Counted from the stretch's first letter, positions 46,161 to 57,035 are shown. The stretch: DNA of 64,000 bases from a virus (IMGVR_UViG_3300031867_000005:32001-96000), one strand, 5' to 3'. The notes: generated by a model not told the origin, from the letters alone. A program made the numbers and translations.

Positions 46161-48353
46161 TCATCTAAATCTTCAAAATTTGCATTTTCAAAAATATAAT
46201 TGCGTCTTTCTTCTATATTTTCTCCTAATAAAATATCAAAATACTTTTCTGCGGCCTCAGCATCATTCATAGTGAACTGAATTAGACGGGGTTCTTTTGA
46301 ACAGATAGTTGCCCTAAAATCTTGCGGAGTGCTTTCTCCCAAACCTTTCAATCTGGATATATCACCCTTAGGCAAGGACTTCAGTTCTTCTTCATTATAA
46401 GCATAATAGCACTTCCCCTTTGATTCAACCTTAAAGAGAGGGGTTGCACCCCAATAAACTTTTCCAGCTTGAATAAGTTGAGGATAGAACTTATATAAAA
46501 AAGTTAAAATCAAGCAATTGATGGAGAACCCGTCCTTATCCATGTCTGCGACCAAAACAATTTTCCCATATCTTAATTTCTTTAGATTGAAGTTAGGTCC
46601 ATATCCGCACCCCAAAGCTATGTGAAGCTGTTTTACCTCTTCATTCTTAGCAAGCTTCTCTTTATCATTTTTAAGGGCATTGATTAACTTACCTCTTAAA
46701 TCGAAGCAGGCGGTAGTCATAGCATCTCTTGCTTTTACGATCGCACCCTTGGCCGACTTTCCTTCTACGACGAAAAGCATTGAATTTTCATCATGCTTTC
46801 TACAGTCAACTAATTTTTCAGCTAAAACTACTTTCTTTTTAAGTTCCTTTTCAATCTCCTTATTCTGTTGCAAAATTGCCTGTCTTACCTTATCAGCTGC
46901 TTTTTCTGCTTTCTGGAATTTCTTCATCACCTCAATAACTCCAGAAAAATCAGGAGTATGAGAAAAGTCTTCCAATCCCTCTTTAAAGGCCGCAGAAGCA
47001 AGAGTCCTAAGATTTGCGTTGTTAATCTTCGATTTTGTCTGGTTAGAGAAAGATGGATTTGCAACCTTACAGTTGATCGCATAGACTAAACCCTTACGAA
47101 TCAAATCTGGGTCAAAATCTTGTCCACTTAATCTTTTAATTGTGTTGGTAATAGCAGTCTTAGCTCCTGTAATGGGAGATCCACCCTCAGGCACGACTAA
47201 CCCGTTGACAAAAACGTAAGATTTCTCTTGGCCACCAGTCCAAATGAAAGCAATTTCAATTTCATCAGAATCATCTTTCTTTGAAACAATAATTGGAGCT
47301 TTCATCATTGGCTTACTAAGCTTTTCAGCAATAAAGTCAGCAATACCATTCTTTGAGTAAAATTCCTGTCTTTTTCCAGAAACAGTTTCTACAACAAATT
47401 TAATTCCTTTATTTAGATAGGCAATGTTCTTAATTTCTTCACAAATTCTATCATAAGAAAATCCTTCCGTCATATTCTTGAAAACCTCTTTGTCTGGTTG
47501 AAACATTACATATGTGCCAGTTCCATTTGTAGGGCCGGCTTCTTTTTCAAAAGTTTTAATATCTGTTTCTGAGTAGTTTTCTAAGTTACCTTCGAAGAAA
47601 GAAGCCTCGGCAACTTTTCCATCTCTGAAACTTCTTACCATGAAGTGCTTAGAACTCATACATACTGCAGTGCCACCAATCTTTTGTGTTCAGTAGAGGT
47701 CGCTACTCTCTACTCGGGACTATTACCCAGCTTATAGTTTCCTATAAGAACAGACTATATCTTCTTAGACTCCTTTTTCGGTTCGCTTGAACCTAATTAC
47801 TCAAACACTACAAGTGTTCTTTCAATAGTCGTTGAACGTTCATCAATTAACTTGATGCTTCGCTGCGGGTTATCCAATCCTTAATAATTTTTACCATACC
47901 TCGGTCATTACCCTCGCCATGATAATATTGCTACTATCATTTGGTTATTAAGGCTCTAAGGATTTTCCCGACAATTTAAGAGTTTTTACAACGGCTATGG
48001 TGTTAACCGTTTAAACCTGAACTATTTTTATAAGCATTTTTATCAAACTTACCGCCAGTATGAGCTTCGGTATAAATGGCAACAAGTATATTTCGACCGT
48101 CAATAATGCCAAAAGGCACGCCACGACCTAAATCAGACACTTCAACAGTACTATCTTCCTCATTTAATCTAACTCGAATTTCCTTACCATACCCAGCTAA
48201 CGCCTCGTCTGTTGAGTTATTAATAATTTCTTTTAAAGCCTGATAAATGCCCTCCGTATCATCTGAGCCGAGATACATGGGAACTCTACTTCTTATGGCC
48301 TCTCTGGTTTCAAGGTGTTGGATATTCTCTGCACTATACTTACTTTCAGCCAT
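46157..48353 (-). CDS. gyrB: Type IIA topoisomerase subunit B, spliced (exons 48353-48006 and 47680-46157)
   Basis: EIINNSTDE, DLGRGVP, HTGGKF, junction SGLNG-IGGTAV; TOPRIM VEGKSA, LRGK, DMDKDG, RLKGLGE. Confidence 0.92.
47681..48005 (-). mobile_element. Group I intron in gyrB (no ORF)
   Basis: P1 AACGGU/GCCGUU; core AATTGTCGGGAA, AACCCGCAG, GTTCAACGACTA, AAGATATAGTCT; terminal G. Confidence 0.9.
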
Positions 48354-48385
48354 TCTATCTTCCTCCTTTTCATTATTGTATAAAT

Positions 48386-48414
48386 ATTATATCATAATAA
48401 AATAAAAAAGTCAA
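48386..48414 (-). promoter_or_regulatory. SigA-type promoter of gyrB
   Basis: TTGACT-N17-TATAAT with TG extension. Confidence 0.75.
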
Positions 48415-48419
48415 GATAC

Positions 48420-49343
48420 TTAATCTTGACTCATTAAATAATTATATAATTCACTATCCTTATCTCTAACATCAAAAGCATCTAAAAAAGCAGTTCTATT
48501 AGGAATATTGGCATCTAAAGTCATATTGCAATACTTATCAATTTCAACACTAATATACTCCTTAATATTAGCTCCAAGTTCCTTTAGACTTATGAAGCCG
48601 CCGCCCATACCATCATACATTGACAATACTAAAATTTCCTCATTCTCAATGTTAGGAATGTTCTTAAGAAAATTTTTAATTACCTCAATCGTCCAACCAT
48701 TACCTAGTTGCTGATAACTTTGATTTTCGCTAATTGGCATTTTAACCCAATCAGGAATTGTCTGTAATTTTCTAGCTTCATTTATTGTTAGTTTTCTAAT
48801 CTTTCCATCAATTAAATAAAGACCAGTTCTTGCGCCAAGGCCGCCACTATTGGCACACATTGTGCAAGATTTTCCTTCAATTGAGTAAACTCGATTCCCC
48901 TGTGAATTTGAATTATTAATATATCCTAAACAAATCATACCAGTTTTTCCTTGCTTAATCTTATCTTTATACTTTATTTCTTTGTCAATAAATTCCCCAT
49001 CATATTTCTCAATTATATCCTTAACATACAAAGGACTTTGTTCCTTAGGGATTTCAACATTAGGAATATTAGTTATATAAAATCTTGCTCGACTTTGAGC
49101 AGAAAACAAATTACTATTAACATTATATCTTTTATAGCCTAATAATTTTTCAATTTCTTCTTTAATTTCCATTGAAGCAGAAGAATTATTCTCATATAAA
49201 AAATAATCAGGTTTAAAAATTTCTTTTGCAATTAAATAATTCTTAAACAACTCCCATCCTTCGCCCTCACATTGAGTTTCTCTATTTTTTTGTGCAATAC
49301 TCCATTTAGTGCAGGGTGAGCCGCCTAGTAACAATTTTATCAT
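48420..49343 (-). CDS. C5-cytosine DNA methyltransferase, circularly permuted
   Basis: GGSPC (motif IV) at the N-terminus, ENN (VI), QSRARFY (VIII), QLGNGW (X), then VLSMYDGMGGG (I) and VEID (II) at the C-terminus. Confidence 0.85.
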   Translation of the reverse strand: MIKLLLGGSPCTKWSIAQKNRETQCEGEGWELFKNYLIAKEIFKPDYFLYENNSSASMEIKEEIEKLLGYKRYNVNSNLFSAQSRARFYITNIPNVEIPKEQSPLYVKDIIEKYDGEFIDKEIKYKDKIKQGKTGMICLGYINNSNSQGNRVYSIEGKSCTMCANSGGLGARTGLYLIDGKIRKLTINEARKLQTIPDWVKMPISENQSYQQLGNGWTIEVIKNFLKNIPNIENEEILVLSMYDGMGGGFISLKELGANIKEYISVEIDKYCNMTLDANIPNRTAFLDAFDVRDKDSELYNYLMSQD

Positions 49344-49610
49344 ATAAAATTATTCCTCCTTATTAGATTTTTCTTTTTCTACTCCTTGTCCTTTATTAAA
49401 ATTTTCTGGAGATACTACAACAGCATCCCTAAATCTACTATAGGTATAGCATTTTTCAGTTACGTCAACATTTTCAATTTCCTGAACAGTCCAATCACAG
49501 TCAATGAACTGTGCGCCCTTACCATCTTCTACTTGTTTAATTGCTTTACCATTTCAGGCGTTAGAATAAAATCCATTACATATTTCATTTAAATCCTCTC
49601 CTTTCTTAAT

Positions 49611-50195
49611 TTATATTTTGAAAAAAATTGCATAATTTTCTAAATCAGGAATGATATACTTTTCACCATTAAAATACTCAAAGGAAACATTAATCAATTT
49701 ATATCCATCATTATAAGGAATTACATGATAGCATTGTTGATTATAACTTCCTCTTAAGTCAATTCCTTTAATTTTTTTGTCTTTTTCATATCTACCATCT
49801 ATTAAATAGTTAATTTTTGTTATAATTTCTTTTCTTTTTCTATTTAACTCATTAGAAACTAGAATTTCATCAACTGTCATTCCTGTATAGAGAATGATTT
49901 CTTTTTTTGAGCCAAATTTCTTTCTTATTTCAGAACAGATTAAATTAACAGTATCAAGATTTTTATAGTATAAAGGGTCTCCACCACTAAGAACAAAATT
50001 CTTTACATATGGTTTATCTAGAGATTCTAGAATTTCTTCCATTACTTTAAAAGTAAATTCTTTTCCGTAATTGAAATCCCATGTTTGGGGATTATGACAT
50101 TCTTCACAGTGATTGGCACAACCACTTACAAAGAGGGTTGTGCTAATACCATGAGAGTTACCAGTATCGAATTTTATTATTTCACTATAGTTCAC
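49611..50195 (-). CDS. nrdG: Anaerobic ribonucleotide reductase activating enzyme
   Basis: LFVSGCANHCEECHNPQTWDF, LSGGDP, LRGSYNQ. Confidence 0.92.
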   Translation of the reverse strand: MNYSEIIKFDTGNSHGISTTLFVSGCANHCEECHNPQTWDFNYGKEFTFKVMEEILESLDKPYVKNFVLSGGDPLYYKNLDTVNLICSEIRKKFGSKKEIILYTGMTVDEILVSNELNRKRKEIITKINYLIDGRYEKDKKIKGIDLRGSYNQQCYHVIPYNDGYKLINVSFEYFNGEKYIIPDLENYAIFFKI

Positions 50196-50280
50196 TTTAT
50201 TCTCTCCTTTTATTATTATTTAATTAAGTTAAAGAGGAACTGCTCTGAGTGAGTTTAGATAGATTTATCCCTATGACAAG

Positions 50281-50316
50281 AAAAAAATAAGAGAGTAGGT
50301 TTAGAACCATACTCTC
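50281..50316 (-). terminator. Rho-independent terminator closing the ncRNA
   Basis: GAGAGTATGGTTCTAAACCTACTCTC followed by TTATTTTTTT. Confidence 0.75.
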
Positions 50317-50882
50317 TAAGAACTGCTCCTCGTGTCGTCTGAGATGAGTTCATCCATTGGATATAATGACTTTAACGTGCAGGTATACACGCCTTGAAAC
50401 TGGAAAAGAATATTTCGTCAAAATCCCTGCTTACCATTCTCCTAAGCAGAACCAGTTTCTACGCTTTTCATGGTCCTCCCCCAACTTTTATAGTAATTAT
50501 GTATACTATAGGTCTTAGATACCTTTTTAACTTTTAGATAATTACATTTTTCAAGCGGTCTTTATCTAACGTGTGATTTCTTTCTCACCAGCTCGCAATA
50601 CTATATACAGCATGGAGGAATAAAGTCTATCTCCCGACAGTCCTTATTCCTCTTTTTTGTATCGGAGAGCTGTTTAGAGCATTCCATCTCTCCGTAAGAT
50701 AAAAGATTATCTTAATTTGTCCTTAAACAAAGGACTATTCACTTGTAACCCAATTGTTATAAATTGGAGGTAATCACCAGTTGAGCATCTGGCGAAATAT
50801 TAGTCCACAGACTAAGCTCATTTTTACCGCTAATTTTATGTAATTGAAGTTGGAGTTGGAGTTATCTCTAACTTTTTCTTAC
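50281..50882 (-). ncRNA. Large (~600 nt) structured non-coding RNA, family unassigned
   Basis: No long ORF; own consensus promoter (50889-50917) and terminator (50281-50316); at least a dozen visible stem-loops. Confidence 0.7.
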
Positions 50883-50888
50883 AATATA

Positions 50889-50917
50889 ATTATATCATTA
50901 TTTTAATGAAAAGTCAA
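50889..50917 (-). promoter_or_regulatory. SigA-type promoter driving the ncRNA
   Basis: TTGACT-N17-TATAAT with TG extension, directly after the nrdD stop. Confidence 0.8.
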
Positions 50918-53900
50918 TTAATTCAAATGCTTTACCCTATTAGCTAGATCTTCGCTTCTACCTTGGTTAGGGGTATAGTTACTGATGTAGCCGCAGATCC
51001 TATAACTCGTATGAACTTTTTCTGGGTCTGTTTCCCCACAACATGGACATTTCCATCTTACAGTTCCATCTTCTGCAAACACTTTCTCAAAATCATATCC
51101 TTCAAAACCACAAACTCCACAAGTTGAAATTTCAGAGTTAATTTCAGCATACAAACATTCATTACTAATATGTTCAATTATTTCTAACATTGCATCTATA
51201 TTGTTGCTCATATTAGGAACTTCAACATAGGAAATTGAACCGCTTAATGTTTTATTACTAAATTGAGCTTCATCGGTTAATTTAGTGAAAGCATCGACTT
51301 TATCTTTTACAAAATGATGGTAAGAATTTGTAATATAATTACGTTTAGTTCCATCTCCAACGTGTCCAAATTTATTAATACAAGCTTTAGCAAATTTATC
51401 TGTTAAAGTTTCCATCATTTCTACCCTCGGTTTCCCGATATTTATTAGGGGATTAGACTATATCTTTATCTCAATTAAGATACCTTACATTTCGGTTTTT
51501 TGATATTATCTCACCTACATTTCACCCTATGATTGGGTCTACTCAGTTCTACAATATTGTAGCTTTTCCCTAGTCGTTAGACATTTATTAATTATTATTC
51601 ATTATTCATCATACTCAAAATAATATCCAGTTCTTGAAAAATGGACTGTCTTTTTACAATGCCGAGAAATAGTGCTTACACTTACTCCATATTTTTTAGC
51701 ACATTCACATATCGAGCCGATATGATCTATAATTTCACCATTAGAATTTAAAACACGAACAGGATGAGACTAAGAATCTTCATAGCCTTTAGTGTTTACT
51801 ATTAATCCATCATCATGTGCTTTCTAAGAATTTTCAGAATATGTTGTCCAATATAAATTTTCAATTCTGTTATCGGTTTTTATATTATTCATATGCCCAA
51901 CTATTGGTAAATTTTCTGGATTTGGAATAAAGGCCTATGCTATTAATCTATGTATTCTACAAGAATGATTTTTTCCATCCTTCATAGTAACATTACAATA
52001 TATGTATCCACTTGGCATTATAATTCTATTCTTTTTAGGAATAAATAACTAATTTGAAGTCAATTTATAAACATGACCATTTTTTGAAATATAATCCGTT
52101 TCACTTCCTTTAATTAGAATTATTTTTCCTTCGTTCTTTTCTATTTCTTCCTTAGCTAAAGTTCCATTTACAATAGCTTATCACCACCTTTTTTATTTAA
52201 ATGAATAATAATTAATTTTAGTACGGTGTTATCTCTGCCCTCTCGGGTTTAGAATTTCTTACCAGCTTATTTTTTTTATTCAGCTATGACCGTTTAGTAA
52301 GGATCGCTTTAATAATCACTTATTAAAGCCCCATGATTTTAGGAGTTCCATATAAACCAGCGGCCAATCCAGTATTTTTCTTAAATTCTGCATTTGAGTT
52401 ATTGAGATAATCAAGAATTTTATGAGCTAATACTTTACCTTTTCCTTCAAATTGATTTTCTCCAGTAATATATTTAACACACTCATAAAGTCCTGCATAT
52501 CCCAATGAAATTGATGGACGGCCGCTATAAACTTCTTTTTCAAGTGTATCTTCTGGGTTGAGTTTTGTTAGTCCACCAAATACCCACAGTAAAGGAGACT
52601 GACCAGCTTTAATCTTAGCAATATGGTTGGCACGCCATAACATATCTCTATGAGCAATGTCAAGATAGTAGTCAAGATTAGAGAAAAGAATTTCTTCCTT
52701 TCTGTCAGGATTATTTTCCATTGCAATAAAAGGAAGATTTAAACTTTGAACTCCAAGATTCCATCTGCCCCATAATTCATGAGCATTAGTTTCTGGATTG
52801 ATATACTCGTGTAATAGTGATCTACAACCCATCGGAGGCGTAGGAACACCTTTTAGTTCCTTATGAATCTTAACGCTCAAATAATCAGGAACTAATCTCT
52901 TTGCACTACACTCCGCACACAATTTTGTTATATCATAGTATTTCCCTCCTTTCATTGTATCCTCATCAAGAAAATACAAAATCTTTGGGAAATTAGGATT
53001 CGAATAAATACCATTCTTTTGCTTAATTCCTTGGATTCTTTGTTTTATAAATTCCTTAAAAACAAGAATTAAATCCTCAGTATAATTACTATCCTCATTT
53101 AACCAAACAGAAACAGATAAGAACGCCGCTTGACCTGTCCCAGCACAAAGAGTATTATTCTGATATAAAAAGGTTTGCATACCATCCTTAATTTCATTAG
53201 ACAAGTCTTCTTCAACCATTGCTTTCTTTACAGCGTCATCTACATTATATTTTTCGTATTTCTTTTCAAACTTCTTTCTACTTACATCAACAAATTTAGC
53301 AAGATGAAGAAGATTGATGGTTATACCCCCAAACTAAAGGTTAGTACTATGAGTGAGGACCTAAGTTGCTACCGTGCAAGCTGTTCTAAAACTCTTTGGC
53401 TTTTCAATCCAAATGCCATTAATCTCACAACCTTTAAACAATTCTTCTAGGTTTAAAAGACAACAGTTTGACATAGGTCTTGCACTATAGGCCATATCAT
53501 GGAAGTAGACTGCACCCTTATCATGAGCTTCCAAGCAATCTTTAGGAAGCATTTCTCTCATAAATTCCTTACTAGGAATCTCAGCTAAATAGGCACTTTT
53601 AATATGAGTTAGATTGGGGTTCTTGTTACCGTTTTCCTGAGCAATTTCAGGACTTACAAACAAAACCTTTTCGATTTCAGTTGGATTAGTCAAAGCTTTC
53701 TCCTTTTTTACTTTATAAGAACTATATTCTCTCGCTACTTGGGGCGGTGCCTCACGATAAAGGACACTCATTACCAGATTTTCAATCCTATTATTCTCAA
53801 TTTTATTATCCTTTGCGTAAAACCAAATTAAATCTTCAATTTCATCTACAATTGTATCAATTTCTTTAAAGTTAGGATATGTTACTTGGTTATAAGACTG

Positions 53901-53978
53901 AATAATTGCATTTCTAATCTTATTACGGTCATACTTCTGTATCAACCCATCTTCTTTGATTACTTCCAAAACAATCAA
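50918..53978 (-). CDS. nrdD: Anaerobic ribonucleoside-triphosphate reductase, spliced (exons 53978-52341 and 51415-50918), two TAG codons
   Basis: ATP cone; YFHD; NCCL; [13 protein letters not shown]...LQFGG (both Q encoded by TAG); MGCRS; junction YGTP-METL; RICGYI glycyl-radical loop. Confidence 0.92.
51416..52340 (-). mobile_element. Group I intron in nrdD carrying an HNH ORF
   Basis: P1 UCCU/GGGG and P10 AUG/CAU; core TGTCTAACGACTA...AAGATATAGTCT; terminal G. Confidence 0.88.
51602..52174 (-). CDS. Intron-encoded HNH/NUMOD homing endonuclease (~190 aa; likely ATT start)
   Basis: [49 protein letters not shown] followed by in-frame ATT; open with TAG=Gln. Confidence 0.8.
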
Positions 53979-53997
53979 CTCCTTTTCTTTTTTTTAA

Positions 53998-54026
53998 ATT
54001 ATAACATAAGATAAAGAAAAAGTCAA
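53998..54026 (-). promoter_or_regulatory. SigA-type promoter of nrdD
   Basis: TTGACT-N17-TATAAT with TG extension. Confidence 0.75.
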
Positions 54027-54042
54027 GAAAATAATCTTGACT

Positions 54043-54432
54043 TTAAATAATTTCTTCCCAAACTTTTATTTCACTCATAATTGTCTTTATATAAGAATTC
54101 CCATTCAGAATTTCATACTAATTATACAATGATAATGCATTTTCCTTTACATAATGAGGAATCCTTTTTGAGTCTTTATATTTAAAATAAATTTGAGTAA
54201 TTTCATTACGTAATATTGCTAAATCTGTCTTATCTGAAATATCAATTCTCTACTCAATTTTTTCTAAAGATTGTCTAATCTCTTCATTAGCACCAGTTGA
54301 TTCTTCACGGATAACTTTCCTAAACCACTCCTTAGGCTTTTTGGTAATAATAGCTAGAAATGTTCCTAGTGTAATTAAAGAACCAGCTATTCCACCAATT
54401 GTTCCTAAGGCCGCAATTATTGTTGCCCACAT
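54043..54432 (-). CDS. Holin-like membrane protein (129 aa)
   Basis: N-terminal transmembrane helix, coiled coil, then AILRNEI...YNQYENLNGNSYI; open through TAG codons. Confidence 0.55.
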
Positions 54433-54440
54433 TTTAATTT

Positions 54441-54839
54441 TCACCTCTTCAACATATCGTTGTGATAAATTGATTTGACTCTATATTTAGAATTAGTTAA
54501 AATTTCGTTTAAAGTAATATTGTCAATTTCCCAGTAAGGGATTCTAATTAAAGGGATGCTATGTGCCAAACAGTAACTGTTCTTCTTCCTATCTCTTTCC
54601 TACTATTTAAGAAAATCAGAATACTTCTTATGAAAATACGGAGTATATTTGAAATGTTGCTACCCATCAACTTCCAAACAAAACAAAATTTTTCCATTAA
54701 CGAAAACTCCAAAGTCATAACGTAAATGGGATTTCTTTTTTCCTTTTAAATCCTAAAAATTTATTTCTCTTACATATGAAATTCCGTTTTTTCTAAAAAG
54801 TTCTTCAATTTTCTTTTCCCCTTTTGAGCTCTTAATCAC
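54441..54839 (-). CDS. Stand-alone Vsr/DUF559-like PD-(D/E)XK nuclease (132 aa)
   Basis: SKGEKKI...LRYDF...LEVDGQQHF...RDRKKNSYC...IPLIRIPYW. Confidence 0.75.
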
Positions 54840-55662
54840 AGTCTTCTCGCCGCCTAGGTGGTTTCTCATTAGAGGGCTTAGGAATAAAAACAGGATACGG
54901 CATCGGCATAAAAGCAACTTGCCCATTTTCAGGATGGTATTTAGGAACTTTATAAGGTTCTATATGGAATGTTGCAAGATGGTATAGGCTTCCGTCTCTG
55001 CAAGGAACTCCATGGGGATACTTTTTAATGATTTTCTTAATTCCTTCCTCCTAATTTAATCCTTTAATTCCTTCATAGAAATCACAATTTAAGTTAGCAG
55101 AAAAGTGGGTTGTATTAATTACATCATATTTTTCGTTTTCTTGCTCCTTTTCAATCATTTCTTCGCGCCAGCCTTCAAGCCCTACAATAATTTGACTTTT
55201 TGATTCATCAGAAAGTTCATAGGTGCCGCCATAGTAAATTTCTCTACCTTTTTCAATTTTAAATTCCTTATCAAACTTATCATAGAATATATTAAACATT
55301 ACATAGTATTTTTCATCAATCATGTAAATAACTTGAACTATATCATAATTTCTCCATTTAGCATCAAGATAAGTTCCAGTCTCATCCTCAGTGATAGTCG
55401 TAATGGTAACTGGGAAATAGTCCTCAGGCTTGTGGAAGTTATAACCCCTATAGTCACACAAATGTTTACCATGAAGTTCGCTTAATTCTCTATCTTCCTA
55501 AGGGTCGCCCAATACTCGTTGGATTAGTGCTGCAGTTTTGAGATAGTCTTCTTTAATTGAACAAACATCAAATTTCTTGCAAGTAAAGCAACGTATTGGT
55601 TTTATCTATGTATGTGGTGGCGGTTCATGAATGTTAATGGGAGTTAAAAAGTGTTCTTTCAT
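54832..55662 (-). CDS. Hypothetical protein with CxxC motif (276 aa)
   Basis: GAGGTG RBS; extends ORF 55051-55461 at both ends through TAG. Confidence 0.65.
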
Positions 55663-55868
55663 TTTATCACCTCTTTTCTTTATTGCGGCCGCAACAACCG
55701 TTCTATTATTAAAGGTGGAATTTAAGGGGAAAATTTCTAAGATTTTAGAAGAGGTTTAGTTGCTAAAGATTTAAATTGGAGCGACGAAGTCGCCAGCCTG
55801 CTTCTGCGCTGCTGCAGAAGCCTTTCTTTGATTACTTTCTTTTGGGAAAAGAAAGTAATACTATATGA

Positions 55869-55974
55869 TAGGAAAAATTTCACGAATCGGTAGGAAAAAT
55901 TTCACGAATCGGTAGGAAAAATTTCCTGGAACGATAGGGAAAATTCCACGAACGATAGGAAAAATTTTCGCACC
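55869..55974 (+). repeat. Five tandem 21-22 bp iteron-like repeats; putative replication origin
   Basis: TAGGAAAAATTTCACGAATCGG twice exactly, plus three variants at 55913, 55935 and 55956; partial inverted copy near 55993-56005. Confidence 0.8.
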
Positions 55975-56052
55975 ATTTTTTTTGAAGTTTTTTTCGTGGA
56001 ATTTTACTTATATAATGGCGAAAGCCAGAAAAAATAAAAAGGAGGAATTTTC

Positions 56053-56904
56053 ATGACAAGAACAAATCCAAAATAGGCCGCACCAATGCCTAAAAAAGAA
56101 TCGTCAATTACAGATAATCCAATGAGGTTATATACTTATTTAGTCTGTATTTCAGGATTAGCTGACTACCCAGATAATACAAGAATGTTCAGACAGAAAG
56201 ATTTAACTTTAACTAGAATACAAGAAACAACTGGAATAACTCCAAAAACAGCAAAACTCTATCTTTATTGTCTTGAATAGAATGGGTTAATTAAATATCG
56301 TGGTGATACATCTTTTAATTTTGTCGATGAAACAGTTTTTGAGAAGAAAACTGAATTAAGAAAAGCGAAACAAGATGAAGCAAGTAGAATCTGGAAATAT
56401 AGAAATAAATATGAGAAGACTGGTGTTTATCATATACCTCGACCCATCCCCTATACGCCTGTCCCAGAAATTACATTAGAAAGATTAAATAATGAGTTTA
56501 ACATAAATGAATTGGAATTAAAAATATATTTATTATGTTGTTCTTATAGAGATACTTGTGTTAATGAAAATAGAAGTTTTAAGGTATTAACTTTTGAAAA
56601 AATTAGAGATACTATAAAAATGACCCTGGATGCAAAAAATAACGCAGCAATTAGAGGAGCACTTGCTTTTCTTTATGGAGTTGGACTGATTGATTATACT
56701 GAAGGTGCTATAGATAATAGAAAAGGTGGTAAGATACCATGTTTTAAATTAAAGGAAGTTTACTACTATATTTCAGATAAAAATAGAAATGTTGATTTTA
56801 CTGGATAGGAAGAAGAGAAAGATAGCGTTTTTAAGGAAATTTAGGAACGTATAGAAAATGGTTTTTATAAAATTGAGAATCTAGAAAATAACATTAAAAT
56901 CTAA
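56053..56904 (+). CDS. Putative replication initiator / tandem winged-helix protein (283 aa)
   Basis: GGAGG RBS. ORFs 56086 and 56512 join through TAG. Two wHTH-like units (RLYTYL...LEQNGLIKY; LKIYLL...LYGVGLIDY); adjacent to the repeat array. Confidence 0.65.
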
Positions 56905-56940
56905 CCAGATAGTAACTATTAACATTTTTCTAACAAACAA

Positions 56941-56964
56941 AAAGGAGAGACAGTCGCCTCTCCT
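56941..56964. terminator. Terminator hairpin between convergent genes
   Basis: AAGGAGAG-ACAGTCGC-CTCTCCTT; T-rich tail on the - strand. Confidence 0.6.
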
Positions 56965-56971
56965 TCCCTTA

Positions 56972-57035
56972 TCATTCAATTTGACTAAAATCACAATCTT
57001 CTGCCTTTTTATCCTCTCTCCAATTCACAATCTTT
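56972..57035 (-). pseudogene. Orphaned remnant of a DNA ligase C-terminus
   Basis: Translates KIVNWREDKKAEDCDFSQIE*, aligning with the ligase end KFIQERPEKNYIDCDFSQISGE*. Confidence 0.75.

Noticed and set aside
49340-49588. Possible small gene between nrdG and the methyltransferase
   Set aside because: The RBS-ATG frame closes after about 42 codons and the more protein-like frame has no start. It may be a frameshifted remnant, but I cannot call it.
50419-50472. 17-codon ORF with a GGAGG RBS inside the large ncRNA
   Set aside because: Too short to support, and it lies within predicted stems. A dual-function RNA cannot be excluded.
55869-55974. CRISPR array
   Set aside because: The repeats are contiguous 21-22-mers without unique spacers, and no cas genes are present.
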